Assembly: GCA_964016885.1 (NCBI GenBank)
Contig: OZ024741.1
Coordinates: 140,864,001-140,928,000 of the forward strand
Length of the DNA stretch: 64,000 nucleotides
Source of the DNA: Eledone cirrhosa
Taxonomy: Eukaryota
Reading direction: 5' to 3'
A model generated the notes under the pieces. It saw only the letters and a program-made list of their open reading frames with translations, searched no databases and was not told the DNA's origin. This document shows positions 24,581 through 39,674 of this stretch, in pieces (within the stretch, counting starts at the first letter, position 1; each line of letters begins with the position of its first letter). The translations under genes and the position numbers were made by a program.

Positions 24581-27500
24581 GAATTAGTTTTTGCTCAGTT
24601 GTATTTTGTACCCAGTATATATTATGAAAACCATTTGTTCATTGAATTGGGTGTTCTATCAAATTCCATTTGCAGCTTGGTTGTTTTATAGAAATATATC
24701 GACCTTAGTACTTGAATAGCTTTAATGTTTTGGGTCGATGGAATAATTTGCTAAAACTGATATCGGCAATATTTGAAGGAGAAGGTTCAGATTTTGAACG
24801 CATGTATTTCTTCCGACACCCTACCGATTAGGATAATCCACCATCACTATCATACTATCAAGTTTTGAAGGTTAATAAACTGTTTAATGTTAATAAACTG
24901 TTTACTGTATCTCCGTCGGATCCGACTATGAATGTTCCATTTGCGTGATCAATGGAACAGCATATCCGTTGAAATAATGTGCAAGTTGGTGAACAATCCA
25001 CACACATGCACCTTTCAGGTGGTTTTCGGGGTGTGATAATTAGCGTGACATAATGTGTGACAAGACTGGTCCTTTGGTCTACAGATACAACTCACTGCAG
25101 TTATCTGAAATACATTATTCTCCTGCTCACTGACTCAATTCCCCACCGAACAGATACTGAACTCACAATTATATAACCGAGGGATGAACACTCCTACCTA
25201 CGCATTTTCACAAGGAAGGATTTTAGTATTCAGCGTAGATAAGCCAATATATTGTAGGTATAAATTTGCCATGAAACCAAATATTTATCTTGCAACACGA
25301 CTGGAAAGTAAAATCAAGGAGATTCTCTGTTATTTTGTAAACTATAAATCTCCTAATCTTCTATTCTTTTACTACAAATTGACTGTAAATTTGGTTCTGA
25401 TTAGTATTCCAGTTTGGAATATGTTCTAGGGATGATTGCTTAACCATTATTTACCTCCTGGAAACCGCAGTTTCTCCTTTTACAATACGTAATAAGTAAT
25501 CATAGTAAGAAATTACTGTGAAAAGCGTTTAAACATATATAAATATAATTATAGGAGGCATTAGGTTTTGTCTAGTTTTGATTGATGTATTCTAAAACAA
25601 TCTTGGGTGCTTTTTACTATTATGAAAACCTCATGATAGATATGTTTCGCACTCATAGTGCATAAACAGGTATTGCTTTATACCTTGTATTAAATGGAAT
25701 GGGACTCCCCCAGTCTCCCTAATGAGACCTTCAGTCGTTAGATCAAGAGAACTGCATGCTCGGGAAATTAAGGAGCAAGCAGAAGTTGCTTTCAATGAGA
25801 TTAAGCATAACACTTCAAGGGACAAAACTGGTCCTTTAAATTACAGGCACAGTATACAGTATACCCGAGTAGCTTCAAAACAGTTTCCATTTACACATTT
25901 ACACACAGTGATTGAATGGAAACTAAAATAGGGTAAATGTCCCTTGCACGAAATACCAAATCATAGTATCGCGCACGTGACTTAATCATTGTGAAAAGAA
26001 CTTCTTAATCCTTGTACTTTGTATAATACATGATCCGTTATAAAGTATTGCTTCTAAAACCAAGGTCCCTATAAAAGTATTGGAGAGTAATTATGAAAAG
26101 CTCCTAAAGTAACTTACGCGTTTGATAAGAAAAATCCATATCATATTATTTTAGGATGTTTATATAGAAAGAGAAAGAAGAGCTATGTTCTGTGACTGCA
26201 AACAAGACTTCATACAAAGCGACATGAATGCGCTTCTGTTTCAATAAAATAACTCATTTTGTTTTAACCCTTTTGATAGCTTGAAACCTGCTGGGCTTTT
26301 TATACAACGCTATTCATTTTTAAATGTTTATCCTTGTATCATAATTTTATTTCGGAAATATTTGTTAAATAATGTTCGAAATATTGACTCGAAGGTAAAA
26401 GGTATTTTCAAAGTTACTTGAGACGTATAGGCGGTATATTTCATTGGAAATACAGTAATGAAATTGTTAGTTTTATATAAACATATAAACATTAACATAA
26501 CTTAAAATTGCGATGGAGGGTTATTTGATACTGTTTATATAGGTCCCTATCACAATTTTATGTAAGCAATTTTAAGTTATTTTCCAAACCGAATTTATTT
26601 ATTAGAATGCTAGTTGCATTACCGTAACCCCCTAAACATTCTTTGATCTTCAACATTATTTGAGATTCATAGACACTGCCTTTCATGAAAAATATGGTAA
26701 AGAAAGGATTACTATATAATATCAAAGTAAATTGTATGATGCAGTACTTCGACATTTTCAAAGACATTGAACTGTGACGGAAATACTTTATTTTCAAGGA
26801 GGAATCGAACCTAGATACCTGATGCAGATTATTTATTAACGGGTTTCTATTTTTAACTTTTTTTATATTTCCATACAGACTTAATATTTAGAATTTTTAG
26901 TGGATATTATATGTTTCCGTAATATATTTACTTTTCCCTCAAGGCACTAACTATTATACAAATTCTGTAAAACTATATTATCCAATTGCGTGACATATAT
27001 TATACCAAAAAATGTTAGTATTAAAGCAAATATCAATTAATCTTAAGATACACATTTTTATGTTTTTATCTAAGGTTGTGCTTTCATTTATTTTGCAATT
27101 CTGAAAAAAAGTCAGATACTCTTCACTAAAACTAAGTAACATGAACACTTGCAACATTTTTCATATGATCTGCCATTGCCTTGCTTTCTCCGTTATGGAT
27201 ATTCTCTATAGCCATGGCTTAGAAAAAAAGAGACAAACTTAACGACGACAGATTTATTTCATTTCTTCGCTGTATTTTCTCTAGAGAAATTCAATGAAAG
27301 CATATATTTGAAAGCTAACATCTCTCAAATCCACATATTCATCCTTTCTATTTCCGATTGCATATACTGTGTTATTTTCCGGAGAATATAATACTTTTTT
27401 TCTTTATTTCATCAATCTTAGTAATGCTGTTTCATTTTTTCAAAGTATCATATATTTTCTATTCTTAATATCTGAATGATAACCTAAATGTATTTGAGCC

Positions 27501-29084
27501 ATAAATATATTGTGTATTCAGTACTGGCACGTCTTCTCTATGAACAAATGCATAATCTATTCAATAGGTAATCCCAAAACAGAGATCCGAAACGATGAAA
27601 CCGATGTCCTTTCTTCGTCCAAGGAACTATCCATTCATGGGCTTTTAACTCATGATGGAATTGCCTCTAATGATGAAAGGAAAAGTTGAACTGGATAGGA
27701 TTTGAAAACAGAGTCCAGATAGTCGAATAGAGTACCATAAGGCATTCTATCTGACATTTGAACGATTCTGCCACTTGGACGCCTTTGAAATAACTGTACA
27801 AAGAATGTTGCAAATTTAATAGAAATGTAAATAAAGCCGGCGGAAGATGACATTCATTTAAACAGCTTCGATATGTTGAAATAACATAATTTTAAATATG
27901 GTATATAATTCCCCACCTTCTCGTTTATATAGATAAATATAAGCTATCTTCTGCAGTTTCAATTGACAAAATGGCAAATAAATATTAACAAAATCTCACT
28001 CGTAAATTATACTTTCTTTACCTGTTATCTCTTAACAACATCTATATTTTCAGCTTTATGCGTTATGAATATTCTCTCTTTCAATATATAATACAAATAT
28101 TGAAACATTCCTAATTCAATCCTTCCACAATTCTAATCTTGACCATCTATTCGTCTGCTAGGAAATAATGTATTCTCATAATCTCTAATGTGTACAATAA
28201 TCAATCATAAATGCAAAGATATAGCAGGATGGGATATATTCTTCAAAATATTTGATGTAAAGTATGACGTTGTTTTGTCATTTTTTCAATGCCTATTTGA
28301 TGGAATTTATTGAACATCGATTTAGATTACGTGCATGTTCAAACAGCGAATAATAGCGCAAAAGTATCTATTTTCACAGGTTCTTCCGGTGCACGCCATA
28401 CATTTAAAAAATATACACTCAAGACTCTCTCTCTCTCTTATTCTCTTTATATATATATATATATATATATTCACTCATACACACACACACACACTCGCAT
28501 ATATATAGCGAGAGAGAGAGAGACATAAATGTATGGCGGATTCTTGAATTATTGATAGTTCTAATAATAATTCTTCCCCATATGAGACCATGATAGGGAG
28601 ATCTATACATACAAGAGAAGTTCGAAAGATGTTTTAGTCTATATATTTTATAATCCCAGAATTAGAGTTTTTCTTTATTTAATATTAATGTATGATATTG
28701 CTTCTCTGAGAGATTTCTTTCATCGAGATGTTTGGGTATTAGAGACTAATTAACGTTTAATAAATATCACACTCCTCCAAGATTTGTCGAGCTGTACCAT
28801 ACGTCATTAGGCATTATAAGCCTCTATAGACATTATAAGCCTGTCAACTAGTCAAAATATCTTAAGAGATTTGGGAATGCTGCCTCGGCTTTTGGAAATA
28901 GTATGTATTATATCGCATTCCATATCTCTTGGACTTGAAGAATTGTATTCACCTGAAGAGTATGGCGGATGCTTGAATTATTGGTAGTTCCAATTATAAT
29001 TCTTCCCCATATGAAACCATGGCAGGAAGATCTATATATAAGCGAAGTAGGATAGAAATATTTATATGTGACAAAATGTCAAAG

Positions 29085-29242
29085 TTTGCGAGGCATTGGA
29101 TTGAATGACACGTTACTTGTTCCTGCTCTCAAATCCCGCCGAGGTTGACTTTGCCTTTCATCCTTACGGGGTCGATAAAATAAAGTACCAGTAATTCACT
29201 GGGTAATTTGCTGGCCTTGTGCCTAAAGTAGAAACAATTATA
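29085..29242 (+). mobile_element. SINE family A
   Basis: CAAATCCCGCCGAGGTTGACTTTGCCTTTCATCCTTACGGGGTCGATAAAATAAAGTACCAG..AGTAGAAACAATTAT. Confidence 0.8.
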
Positions 29243-32011
29243 TTCTGATTTCAACCCCCCCCCCCCCACGTTAAATTTGTTTTGCATCTTTTCGTCTTCC
29301 ATAAATAGTAGAATTATTACAGTCGAACCAGATGGTCTGCAGCATCTGATCTCGTTCTGTGAGTTTAAATCTCACCCTCCTCTTCCAGGAGTTGTGACTG
29401 TATTCTATTAAATGACAATATCTGCCTGAACCACAGTTCTGGATTGGAAGTATTGGTAAAGCGTCGAATAAAATGTCATTGTGGGAGTTGTTCTAGCCTT
29501 TTATATTCTGAATTTATATCACACCTATATCAATGTTGCCTCCATCCGAACTTGCTGGCCTCCGCCTAATTTAGAAATCGATATATGCCTGTTTACATAG
29601 AAATATCACAAAATATACTTGGATATATTGAGAAATTTAGTTCAATGTGCGTTCACACTGAAATCCAATGTTAAAATATATAGATTTTCTTTTTTTTATT
29701 AAGTGCCAAGATGTGTTGAGATATATTCCATCAATACTACTACAAATTCTGCAGAACAGTGCCAATATAGAAACCACAAGCCATTCTTCTCTAACAGATT
29801 TGTCATGACAATCCCACCTTACTGCCAGATGTATTTCATAAAGAACCATGTTATCTAATATATTATTCCGCTTTTGGTTTGAAGTGTACTTGACTACTAT
29901 TTCTAGTTGATCTATAGACCAATTAAAGGCTCCCACGTAAATTCGGACGCATTTAAGTTTAACGAACACATTTCTAATACGGTGGATAAAAATACATTTC
30001 TTTCGTTAACACACATTCATTGTTTTTCTAATTAAAGGCACTGCCAATGATTTTCAAATAACATTGACAGTAATCATCGATTAACACGGACATCGTAATA
30101 TACGTATTTCTCATATTTTTAAGTTGGTGTTAGTAGTAGAACATAATTGTTTTGTATTATTGAAACAAGGGATGGGGAGGGTCAGGCGTTTTGGGTCAAA
30201 TGTATTCATGGATTTCTCTTCTATGTTGTGATATAACACCAAAAGGAAACCATTTGAATTGTTCCTGTTGATTATAGTATCCATGAGACCATAGCTCATT
30301 ATAAAGTCGTAGGGTCACCGACGTCGCATGTTAAGCCTATAGAAGCCCATTTCCCTTCCTGAGTGAGCACAACAAATTTTTCAGTGAGCGAGAGGGAGGG
30401 CGCGAAAAAGAAATGTAGAGACAGAATCGACCCTCGTGCTGAATTGGTACCTAATCTAGCAACCTCTAACGGCATTTGAACTCAGAGCACAGATAACTGG
30501 GAGAAATACTTCAAAGTATTCTATCAAACATTCTAGTTACTGCATATTTACTGCCTGCGTTGTTTCTATAATATTCCAAATTAACGTTTTACTGTGATTG
30601 GGGACTGCGTGATTCATATTATGTAAATAAATGTAAATAACTGTAATGTATATAGCAACTAAGCGCCGAATATTTTACAGATTACAATATTCCCAGAATG
30701 CAATGATAGGCGAGTTTAAAGTGCCTGCGAACGTGTATATACATTACCTGCTTAAATAGAAAGATTACGTATCTTCCAGAAGCTACTCAGTAGTGAAGAG
30801 GTTCCCCTTCCCCAGCCCTTATCTGCAGTATAATATTTCTTGCATACCTAAGAGAATGATGGACTGTTTTGAAATATATCCACATAATTAGAACTTTTTT
30901 ACAAAATTTTATAATGACGAAACTTAGTCATAATTTGCTCTGATCCCTTTGAAATTTACTGCAATATACCCGCTTGATGTCAGCACCCTTCTCTTGTTTC
31001 TATTTCAAAGCAATTGTAAGTATATGTTTAAGTCATTAAGAATTACTCGCTTGTTTTAAAAGATAGGTTAGTTGTAGAGTATCATATAAATCAAATATTT
31101 TAAATGAATTCTAGTGTTTGTTGCACACATATCACTTAAATTTATAACATTATAATTAATTGGGAAATTACTAGGAACCTACACTTATTTCGAACTTCCG
31201 AAAAAAAAAATCAAATAATCACAAAAACTGAGAACTATCCTGTATTTGTTGTAGGGTTAACCGTTTGATTTTGTCGTTTAGCAAGTTGGCTTCATAAAAT
31301 GTGTAACGTCAAAGGAATCACATAGATAATAAACAATAAGCACAAAAAGCGATTTAGATCTATAAATGAATATAATCATTCAACTGGGGCACCATTTACA
31401 AACATTTAGTCGACCATATTCATCCCTATACCTATTTCAATATGGTTCATATTTTACACTAATCGATACGCAGGTTCTAGATAACGAAAAAATATTTAAG
31501 TCAATGAGCTAGCTATATTTTCCCAATAGGTTAAAGAAAGTTAAACGCATTGCCTCGCATGCAAATTAATAGATACAAGCCGTGGAACTTCCCTTTACCA
31601 TTGCATGGTCTGAAATAACCTCTGTTCCTCTCCAACAGATTTATAGCCAGTTTCTTTTTTATTTAATAGACAGGTTGATATGTTACTTGATAAAATACTA
31701 TGTAGCCTTTAATTGAGTCCATCAATTTCTGTGTGTATTAACTGTAACATAACTTTTCGACAAATATGTATCGATGAAATATGTACCAGGTCTGACGTAA
31801 GAAGGTATTTAGTCGATATAATTAATTTCAATGTGATGTTTCATCACAAATACAAACTGATGACTGATACAACTAAAAGGATAACGAAAATATGGAGAGT
31901 TTTATGAAAATACATACCATCACTGGAAAACTAGAAACCTCAGTAATTTCAACCCACTAATGATTCTGGCAATTCATGCCTTACTAGTAATAACATCAAT
32001 TATGTCTATAG

Positions 32012-32460
32012 TGAATTGGCTATATCGGTAGAGGGTCGAACGCCATGCTTTACAGCATAGAGTTACGGCCCTTTATGATCTGAGTTCAAATCCCGTCGAG
32101 GTTAACTTTGCCTTTCATCCTTACGGGATCGATAAAATAAAGTACTAGTCACGTACTGAGGTTGATTTAATTGCTGGCCTATATCAGAAATAATTATTCG
32201 CAGTATCGGTGGAGGGTGTGACGCCATGCTTTCCAGCATAGTTACGTCCCTTTACGATCTGAGTTCAAATCCCGCCGAGGTTGACTTTGCCTTTCATCCT
32301 TACGGGGTCGATAAAATAAAGTACCAGTAATGCACTGGGTAATTGCTGGCCTTGTGCCTGAAGTAGAAACAACTATTTCTATAGTCGATAAAATAAAGTA
32401 CCGGTAATGCGCTGGGATAATTGTCGGCCTTGTGCCAAAAGTAGAAATAATTATTTCTAT
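32012..32460 (+). mobile_element. two tandem SINE family A copies plus a duplicated 3' tail
   Basis: Copies at ~32012-32198 and ~32199-32383; tail repeated at 32384-32460. Confidence 0.85.
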
Positions 32461-32524
32461 AGTCCTCCTTAACAGCACTATTTAAGGTAAAGCTGAAAAT
32501 CTTCTGTGAAATAGTATTTATTAT

Positions 32525-32715
32525 ATAGGTACAAGACCAGCACTTCTTAGCAATCGGAACGCCTATTATATCACTCCTAAAACTTGATTGGCACTTTATT
32601 TTATCAACCTCAGATGATAAATTTCAAACATGACCTCGGTGGGATTTGAACTACAAAGTAAATAATTGTAACTAGATATCTCAATGTATTTCGACCGTAG
32701 CTCTAATGATTCTAC
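32525..32715 (-). mobile_element. diverged SINE (family A-related)
   Basis: ACTTTATTTTATCAACC..GACCTCGGTGGGATTTGAACT. Confidence 0.55.
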
Positions 32716-35699
32716 CTCTCCATTCTCTTAACATTCCTTGAAATATGAATTTAATAATAACGAGCGCTATTAAACTTCTTAACAAACTGTATTTGAATGT
32801 CATTTAAATTAATTATATACGTATTAAATAAAAATATTTCTGCCTTTGGGTTTATTTTCCATTAAGTATATGAAAACAAAAATAAGAAATTGAAAATAAA
32901 ATAAATACTGTATTTTTGCTTTGCGAAATAAAAAGAAAATAGATAAAAATGGTGAATTACAGACAGCACCCTCAGAAACTTCTCATTGAAATATATACAC
33001 TACGCAGGTCGCAGGAAGCCATACGAATATCACTTTACGTATTTTTAACACAAACAAATAATGAATCTGTGAATTTTTGATAGATTCATTGCTGATAGTC
33101 AACACCGGATTTAATGATAGAAACATAAGAGGTATTTTAAAATGTTTCCGCTCGTTATAGTAATACAATCAAAACACTGAATAGGAACTGCGCTACAGTT
33201 GAAAACCGCGAATATTTGTAAACAGAGGTTTGTATAACAGCACAAACTGCTAACGGATGTAGCATTAGAAAATACTGATGTTTAAAACTTTACCAGACTA
33301 AGAATATTGCTTCCTTTATCTTCTGCAATTTTGTGACAACGTTAAAAATATAAACTTTTCTTTCTTTTTTACGCTGAACAAGGAGATGTTTGTTTCATAG
33401 AGTACCAGTTGATAAAAATTGACCCAGAAATTACTGTTAGGAATTATATCGAGACAAAACAGGCTTAATGCAAACACAAATGTATTTTGTAGAGAAATAA
33501 ATAGATATAATCTAGATTTGGGAGTATTCATCCACAGAAACATTCACCTACGGTCTTTTGATTGAATACTGCAGTAGTCTTTGCATAGTTAACAGTAGCG
33601 CACGATCAGTCACTTAAAACCACCTAAATGCCGTTTGTATGAAAGCGTGTTTGGCTGAAGGAACATAATAACCAGGCATACAGCGGATAAAATGTAAGCG
33701 AATACCCATATAAAATCGGGTCACGGTAGGCAATAGTCAGAGCCTTCGCTGTGATTTGGCCAACTAGACCTAGAACAGTCGTCAGATGATCGCATTACTG
33801 ATACTTTGATACTTAAAGGATGACAATGTTATACATGCTTTTATAGTCAGCTTATAGAATCAATTGACAAAATAACAGACCTCATTCGGTTATGGAGTGG
33901 AGCTCATGAAATCGTATAATGAAAATAATGCTGGTCTTTCCATTCATGATACTATCTACCGGTCGCAACTGCTGGTAGAAGGAGCAACGTGAAATAAATG
34001 TCTTCCTCATGGACATAACTCATCACTCGGTTCGGGTACCGAAATTACAACCTCTCGATTATGAATCCAATTCTCTAACCACTAAGCCATAATTTTCTGC
34101 GATCAATAAATATACCACTAAACATTGTTGCCGAGTAGCAATGCTGTGGGAAATTGATAGAGATGTGTAAATGTCCGTATGTTGTTATGACATGCATCAT
34201 GATTTGATGTGGTTGAGTCATAAAATAGAATGGTAAATACCGGGAGGCTGGCTCTAGATGTAATCTGTCACGATGTAGATTCGGGATCGTTTGTATTTAC
34301 TTAGTAGGGACAGATTAAATAGACAGACATCTTTCAATTTTGAGAAAATGTTGAAAATTGAGCTGTATTCCATTTTATGTTGTGCCCTACAATAGGTAAG
34401 TGAATTGTAGCAGAGTTCTTGATATTATGCGTTGAAGTAGCTAGGTCGTTAGAAGAGCGATGACAATGCTCTGTGTCATTCGTTCAAATGCAGCTAAGCT
34501 GAGTTTTGACGTTTATCTTTCCGGGTTTGATAGAGTTCAAGGGGGGGTTAGATTCTCTATCACCCCCTCCTCTCTCTCCCCCACACTCTCTTCACCTCTC
34601 CCTCTCTTTCTTTCACTATCTCTATCTCTCTTGGCTGTGCGCGCGCGCGTATGTGTGTGCGTTTGTGTCTGAACCTGTGTGTAACAGTTTTTAGTATAAA
34701 AGAAGTGTAGAGATATAAACTATTATGAATATCATTATCCTAAATATATCACAAATAATGTAAATAACACCTGGTCTAGGTACCGCTAGAACAAATGGAA
34801 TGCAGGCGAATGCATGTGGATATCTGGAGATCAAAGGCGATTTCAGAGAATATTCAGAAATATTTATAGTGGAGGATAAGGGAAAAACAGAGTGAAGGTA
34901 AATCATGTTTGCGAAATAAATTCACCTAAGATAGTGTTAGGAAATTTCAATAAGCAACTGGGTTGTGTTAAATATGTGTCACCGTAAAAGAATTGTATTC
35001 ACAGAGGAATTACCAGTTGAATTAGGAAGTTAACTGCTGTCTCAGGTGAATATTGATTTCTATTACAATCACAAACGAAAAGTGGAATTACATCATGGGA
35101 TTTGTTTTCCGTTCCTAAGTGTATTATATAGATGCAATGAATCAACAACCAATTTTCCGTATCTATAGATTTTTAGCATTCGTAGAAGACAGAATTGAGA
35201 GAAGTAATGATATCGACTGAAATCCAGTATATTACCGGTATTACAATTTACAAAATGGGCGACGGAGTGGCGGAATCGCTTGAGCCTCGAGCAGAATTCT
35301 TTATGGTAACTAGCATAAAAATCGCCCTTCGGGTGGTTTTCTGCTAACATATGTAAGGTGCATATTGGTATTATACGCAATAGATATATGTAAATTGAAA
35401 AGTAAATTGACAATATCTTCTTCGCCCACTTAATACTGAGAGGGTCGTGAGGGCAGTCCTTCTCAAACACTCCTTCCAGTGAGTCTGTCAAGCAAACATC
35501 TGTAACTGATCCAGGTCGATCCCAAAGCGTGACCAGCCAAGCTCATGGATGTTATACAACTATCTTGCTCAGTCTACATCTGGATCTCTTGCCGGTTGGT
35601 TTTGCTTGTAAAATCTGCCCAGCGATTCTTTACTGAGACGTTGTAACCACATGCTCATAATATCGCAGTTGTGATGACTCAATTCGGAGAAGTAACAGC

Positions 35700-36340
35700 T
35701 CTACCAGGAGCTGGTCTCTGAGCTATGCTCTTTATCGAGTAACGTTACTCCAAAAACCCTTTGGTTAATCGCAGACCGCACCAGATAACGGCTGCAGAAA
35801 GTGTCGGTGCAAGTGGCATCCCAGACGAGGGAAGATGGTCATGCCAGCTGGCCTTTTGCCGTCCCCTCGGTCCAGCCCCACCGGCTCGAGCTGGGAAGGG
35901 AAGCCTGCAGCGTCCAATCCATGCTTTATGACCTCGCTGAGGGCAGCGTGGCGAGGAAGGCGGCCGGCACTGTGGCGACAGGAAAGCGGGTGCAGACCGA
36001 AAGGGTCCACGGTGGATCCGCAGAACATTGGTGTGGCTCGCAGATCCGGAAGCCGAGCCTCAAGGAAACGCCGATGCGTAGGCTAATATTGTCTAGCTGC
36101 GTGCCAGTGGAGACGGAGGGCAGGGCATGGAGCTATGCACCACTGTGGGATTTGGAGGCCGCACGAAATCTGGCAAGGCAGTGCTGGTCGAGCTGGCGCG
36201 TGAGCCTGTCTGAGGCCAGGCTGCACTGGATGGCATCCCAACTACTTTGTGGGGACTTAACGTCAACAGAGGGAGAATGAGGAGGGACGTCTACTGGGCT
36301 AAGTCCCAGCCGGTTCCACGTCTCACAGGCGGCCTCACGT
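35700..36340 (-). mobile_element. fragment of CRE-like non-LTR retrotransposon (Zn-knuckle + restriction-like endonuclease)
   Basis: GC-rich island; ORF 35765-36028 reads [45 protein letters not shown] (CCHC remnant, RH, E and RP[D] motifs); upstream S..HSGA motif. Confidence 0.8.
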
Positions 36341-36974
36341 TCTCTGAACACAGAGAGTTCTATTGTTTAGAAGAAACCTGCTGACGAGGACGCGGCACGA
36401 GGTTACCGACGAAAGATAGGCCGGAAAAGCGATTATAGTTATATACTCATACATATAGATGTATGTATGTATGTGCACATACACACTCATACGTATCAGC
36501 GTTTTGAAAAAAATCCTAATCGCTTCATCTATGTCTTTCACTCTCTCTCTCTCTATATATATATTTTACATAATCACTCTATCTATCTGTATCTCTCTTG
36601 TCACACGCTCTCTCTTTCTGTATATATATGGTAGTTGAAGTGGCGGTGGTGGCGGCGATATACTGGAAGTGTAGAAATTTGAAACTTTGAAAAGAAGTCA
36701 ATTTTAAATATATACTAAAATTATTTATATTTAATCAAGTTTCGAAATTTAGTACATAAATTATGTAATATTCATTCATTATTCAAAGTAATCCAACTTA
36801 TATTACTAACTGGATTAAAAGAAATAAAGCGTACGCTGTCCCGCACTCCTCCCATTATTATAGTATAGATTTGTTGGGGTCCCTTACGAAAATGTTTGGG
36901 GCATAGGAGCGTCATATGTTTATAGAATGAAACCAACACAAGTTATTGTGAACATTTGAATTGCTGATATATAG

Positions 36975-37152
36975 AAGGTGGTGCTTTATTCGTGTCAACT
37001 CTCTACGGCCCGAGTTAAAATCTCACCAAACTCATCATTACCTTACACCATTCCAGATTTGATAAATTAAAGTGAGAGTCGAATTGTGGGGTTAATTTAA
37101 TCGATTTATCGCCTCTCCCTATATTGCTGGACTTACATCTAGATTAGAAACT
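36975..37152 (+). mobile_element. diverged SINE (family A-related)
   Basis: GAGTTAAAATCTC..TTGATAAATTAAAGT..GCTGGACTT..TTAGAAACTATT. Confidence 0.5.
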
Positions 37153-39519
37153 ATTGATTACTATTCACAGTTGTATTGATGGCATCTTCATATATTGGAC
37201 CTCCATCAGCTCGGACGACGAGTGGTCTATTCGTTCGAATAATGGAATATCCTGCTCGTAACATCAACATGCACGTGACTGAGCATTCAACAGATTCAGC
37301 GTAACCGAGTGGGTGGTATCGTTGAGACTATGAATCACAGTTGCGTGGAATAATTCAACGTTAAATAATATTTTCCTAAAGGAGACAATGCGTTGGCGGG
37401 AAACAAACTCACGGCCTATGCATTATGAGCCAAACGCCCTCACATCTAAGCCACGCATCTTCAATTTGTAATTTACGCATCAAGTAAATCAATGCTTTCA
37501 TTTAATCATGAAAATAAAAGCCAATTTGCCTTTAATTTTAAGGTTACTCTGCATAAGCCATACAATAATTGATGTTATTCAAATAATGACTGCAGAATAT
37601 TATGAAAGAGACTCAATATAATATATACAGATGTTATGGCTAATAGACTAATTAAAATAAATTGATTCACAATTTATTCAAATAATCGGAATTGATTTTG
37701 ATGTTTTATTTTGAACGATTTACAGTTCGTATAACCTCATATCAACACACACATATACACACTCAAACAGGCTTACACTCAGACATACACTCCTACAAAC
37801 ACACACACACACTCATTGATACAATCGCACTATTATCTACACATATATACGGAACAAACACATGTTCATGCACAGCCACATATTCATGCTGATAAAAAAA
37901 TCCCACAGTTACTTTCACGCAATCAAATACTCATATACTCTCGCTCACACCTAACACATTAACATTCCCAACAGTTATATGTAAATGACGCAGAAACCCA
38001 CGCATGAATCTCTCACGCACACAAAATCCCTATTTCTCACACATAATCCATAACTCTCACACACAAACTTCTTGTCTCACACACATGGGCAATTTCTTTC
38101 TTTCACAAACGCTCAATCTCTCTCTCTATCTATCTATCTCTTTCTCTCTCTCTCTCATACACAAGCAAACACACATTCATGCATTCACACATATTCACAA
38201 ACACACAAAAACATACACATTCCTCCATACAAAAACACACGTTCATCCATCACACACCCCACACACAGAAAAACGCTTAAGATGAAAAGCACTGATCTCT
38301 ACTTCCAAGTCACACAATCATTTTACAAAGATGACATTGTTCAAATGTCTAATCAATTATTACCATTTTGACATCGGATTTTGACATTCCTTAAATATTT
38401 TAACACCAGACTTGATCAGGTCAAAGACATTGGCATGTACTCTAATGCTAAAAACATATTTTCAACATTAGAGGAAAACAACTTGTTTTACGAAATGAAT
38501 TTGTACTCATAATTTCCTTTATTGGTTCGTCAGCTGATGAGAACGAAAGGCTTTGACCATATAGTGTTTCCATATCGGTTAATTCATTGTCTGGTGTTCA
38601 ATTTGATCTTCTATGTGCTAATTTGGATGTTTAGGATTTAGGACGTGCAACTCACGATCGTAAGTTTATGTATTCGATTTAGGCTGGGGGTTTTTATCCG
38701 CGAGCAAGACTCTTTATTTCATGCGACATCAAATGATCGGAAATTGATATGGTTGGTTTTCACCTTTAAAAGTAAAATTCTGTATGCTAATATGAAGATG
38801 TATATTTTAGAGTTTAGGATGTGAGTTGGATTCTCAGTAGTATATCGTCTATTTTGGCATGACACATTGTTACAACCTGCTTCAGCCCATTTGTTATTCA
38901 ATTGTCCAGACTTGTCAAGCACTGATTGGCGCTGAACATCGCTAATAATTGAGTTAAGCATCCCGTTGATCAAGCGACTCAAACACTTCTCGTTCAAAAG
39001 GTACGAGTGTCTAGATAAACTATAGAGAAATGCCTACAATGTTTGTCTGTGTTTCCATACATTTGAGGTCGATGTTTCGGTCCACAACTGTATTTGTTGG
39101 ACCTCTTACCGATCATCCGGCTAGTGTTTCAGTTCCACCAAAGGAGTGAATTTATGCTGACATCCGAGCATACTACAGCTGAACGAAGTGCAAGATATGG
39201 AATCGAAGGAAGCAGGGTTATTTAGAGGAAGGACATAAATTCAAGCCAAGTGTTATCTGGGCCTGTTTACACTGAAGGGACAAGTTAAGAGTCTGTTTTG
39301 CCGCTGTTTGACGATCATCAGAGCCACGCACTCCCTGCTTGAAACAGCGTGAAACAGACTGTGAGCTTCTTTCCCCTTTTTCGCCGACAAAGTCACTACT
39401 TTAAAACTGATAGCGTATGGTCTTCAAAATGTTTTTAATTAAACATACGGTATGTTGCCAAATATACTATACATACATTCATGTATACATCGCTATTTCA
39501 GAGCACCAATCCTAATAGC

Positions 39520-39580
39520 ATATATATGTATGTATGTATATATATATATGTATGTATATATATATGTATGTATATGTATA

Positions 39581-39617
<37 letters not shown>

Positions 39618-39642
39618 ATGTATGTATGTATATGTATGTATG

Positions 39643-39674
<32 letters not shown>

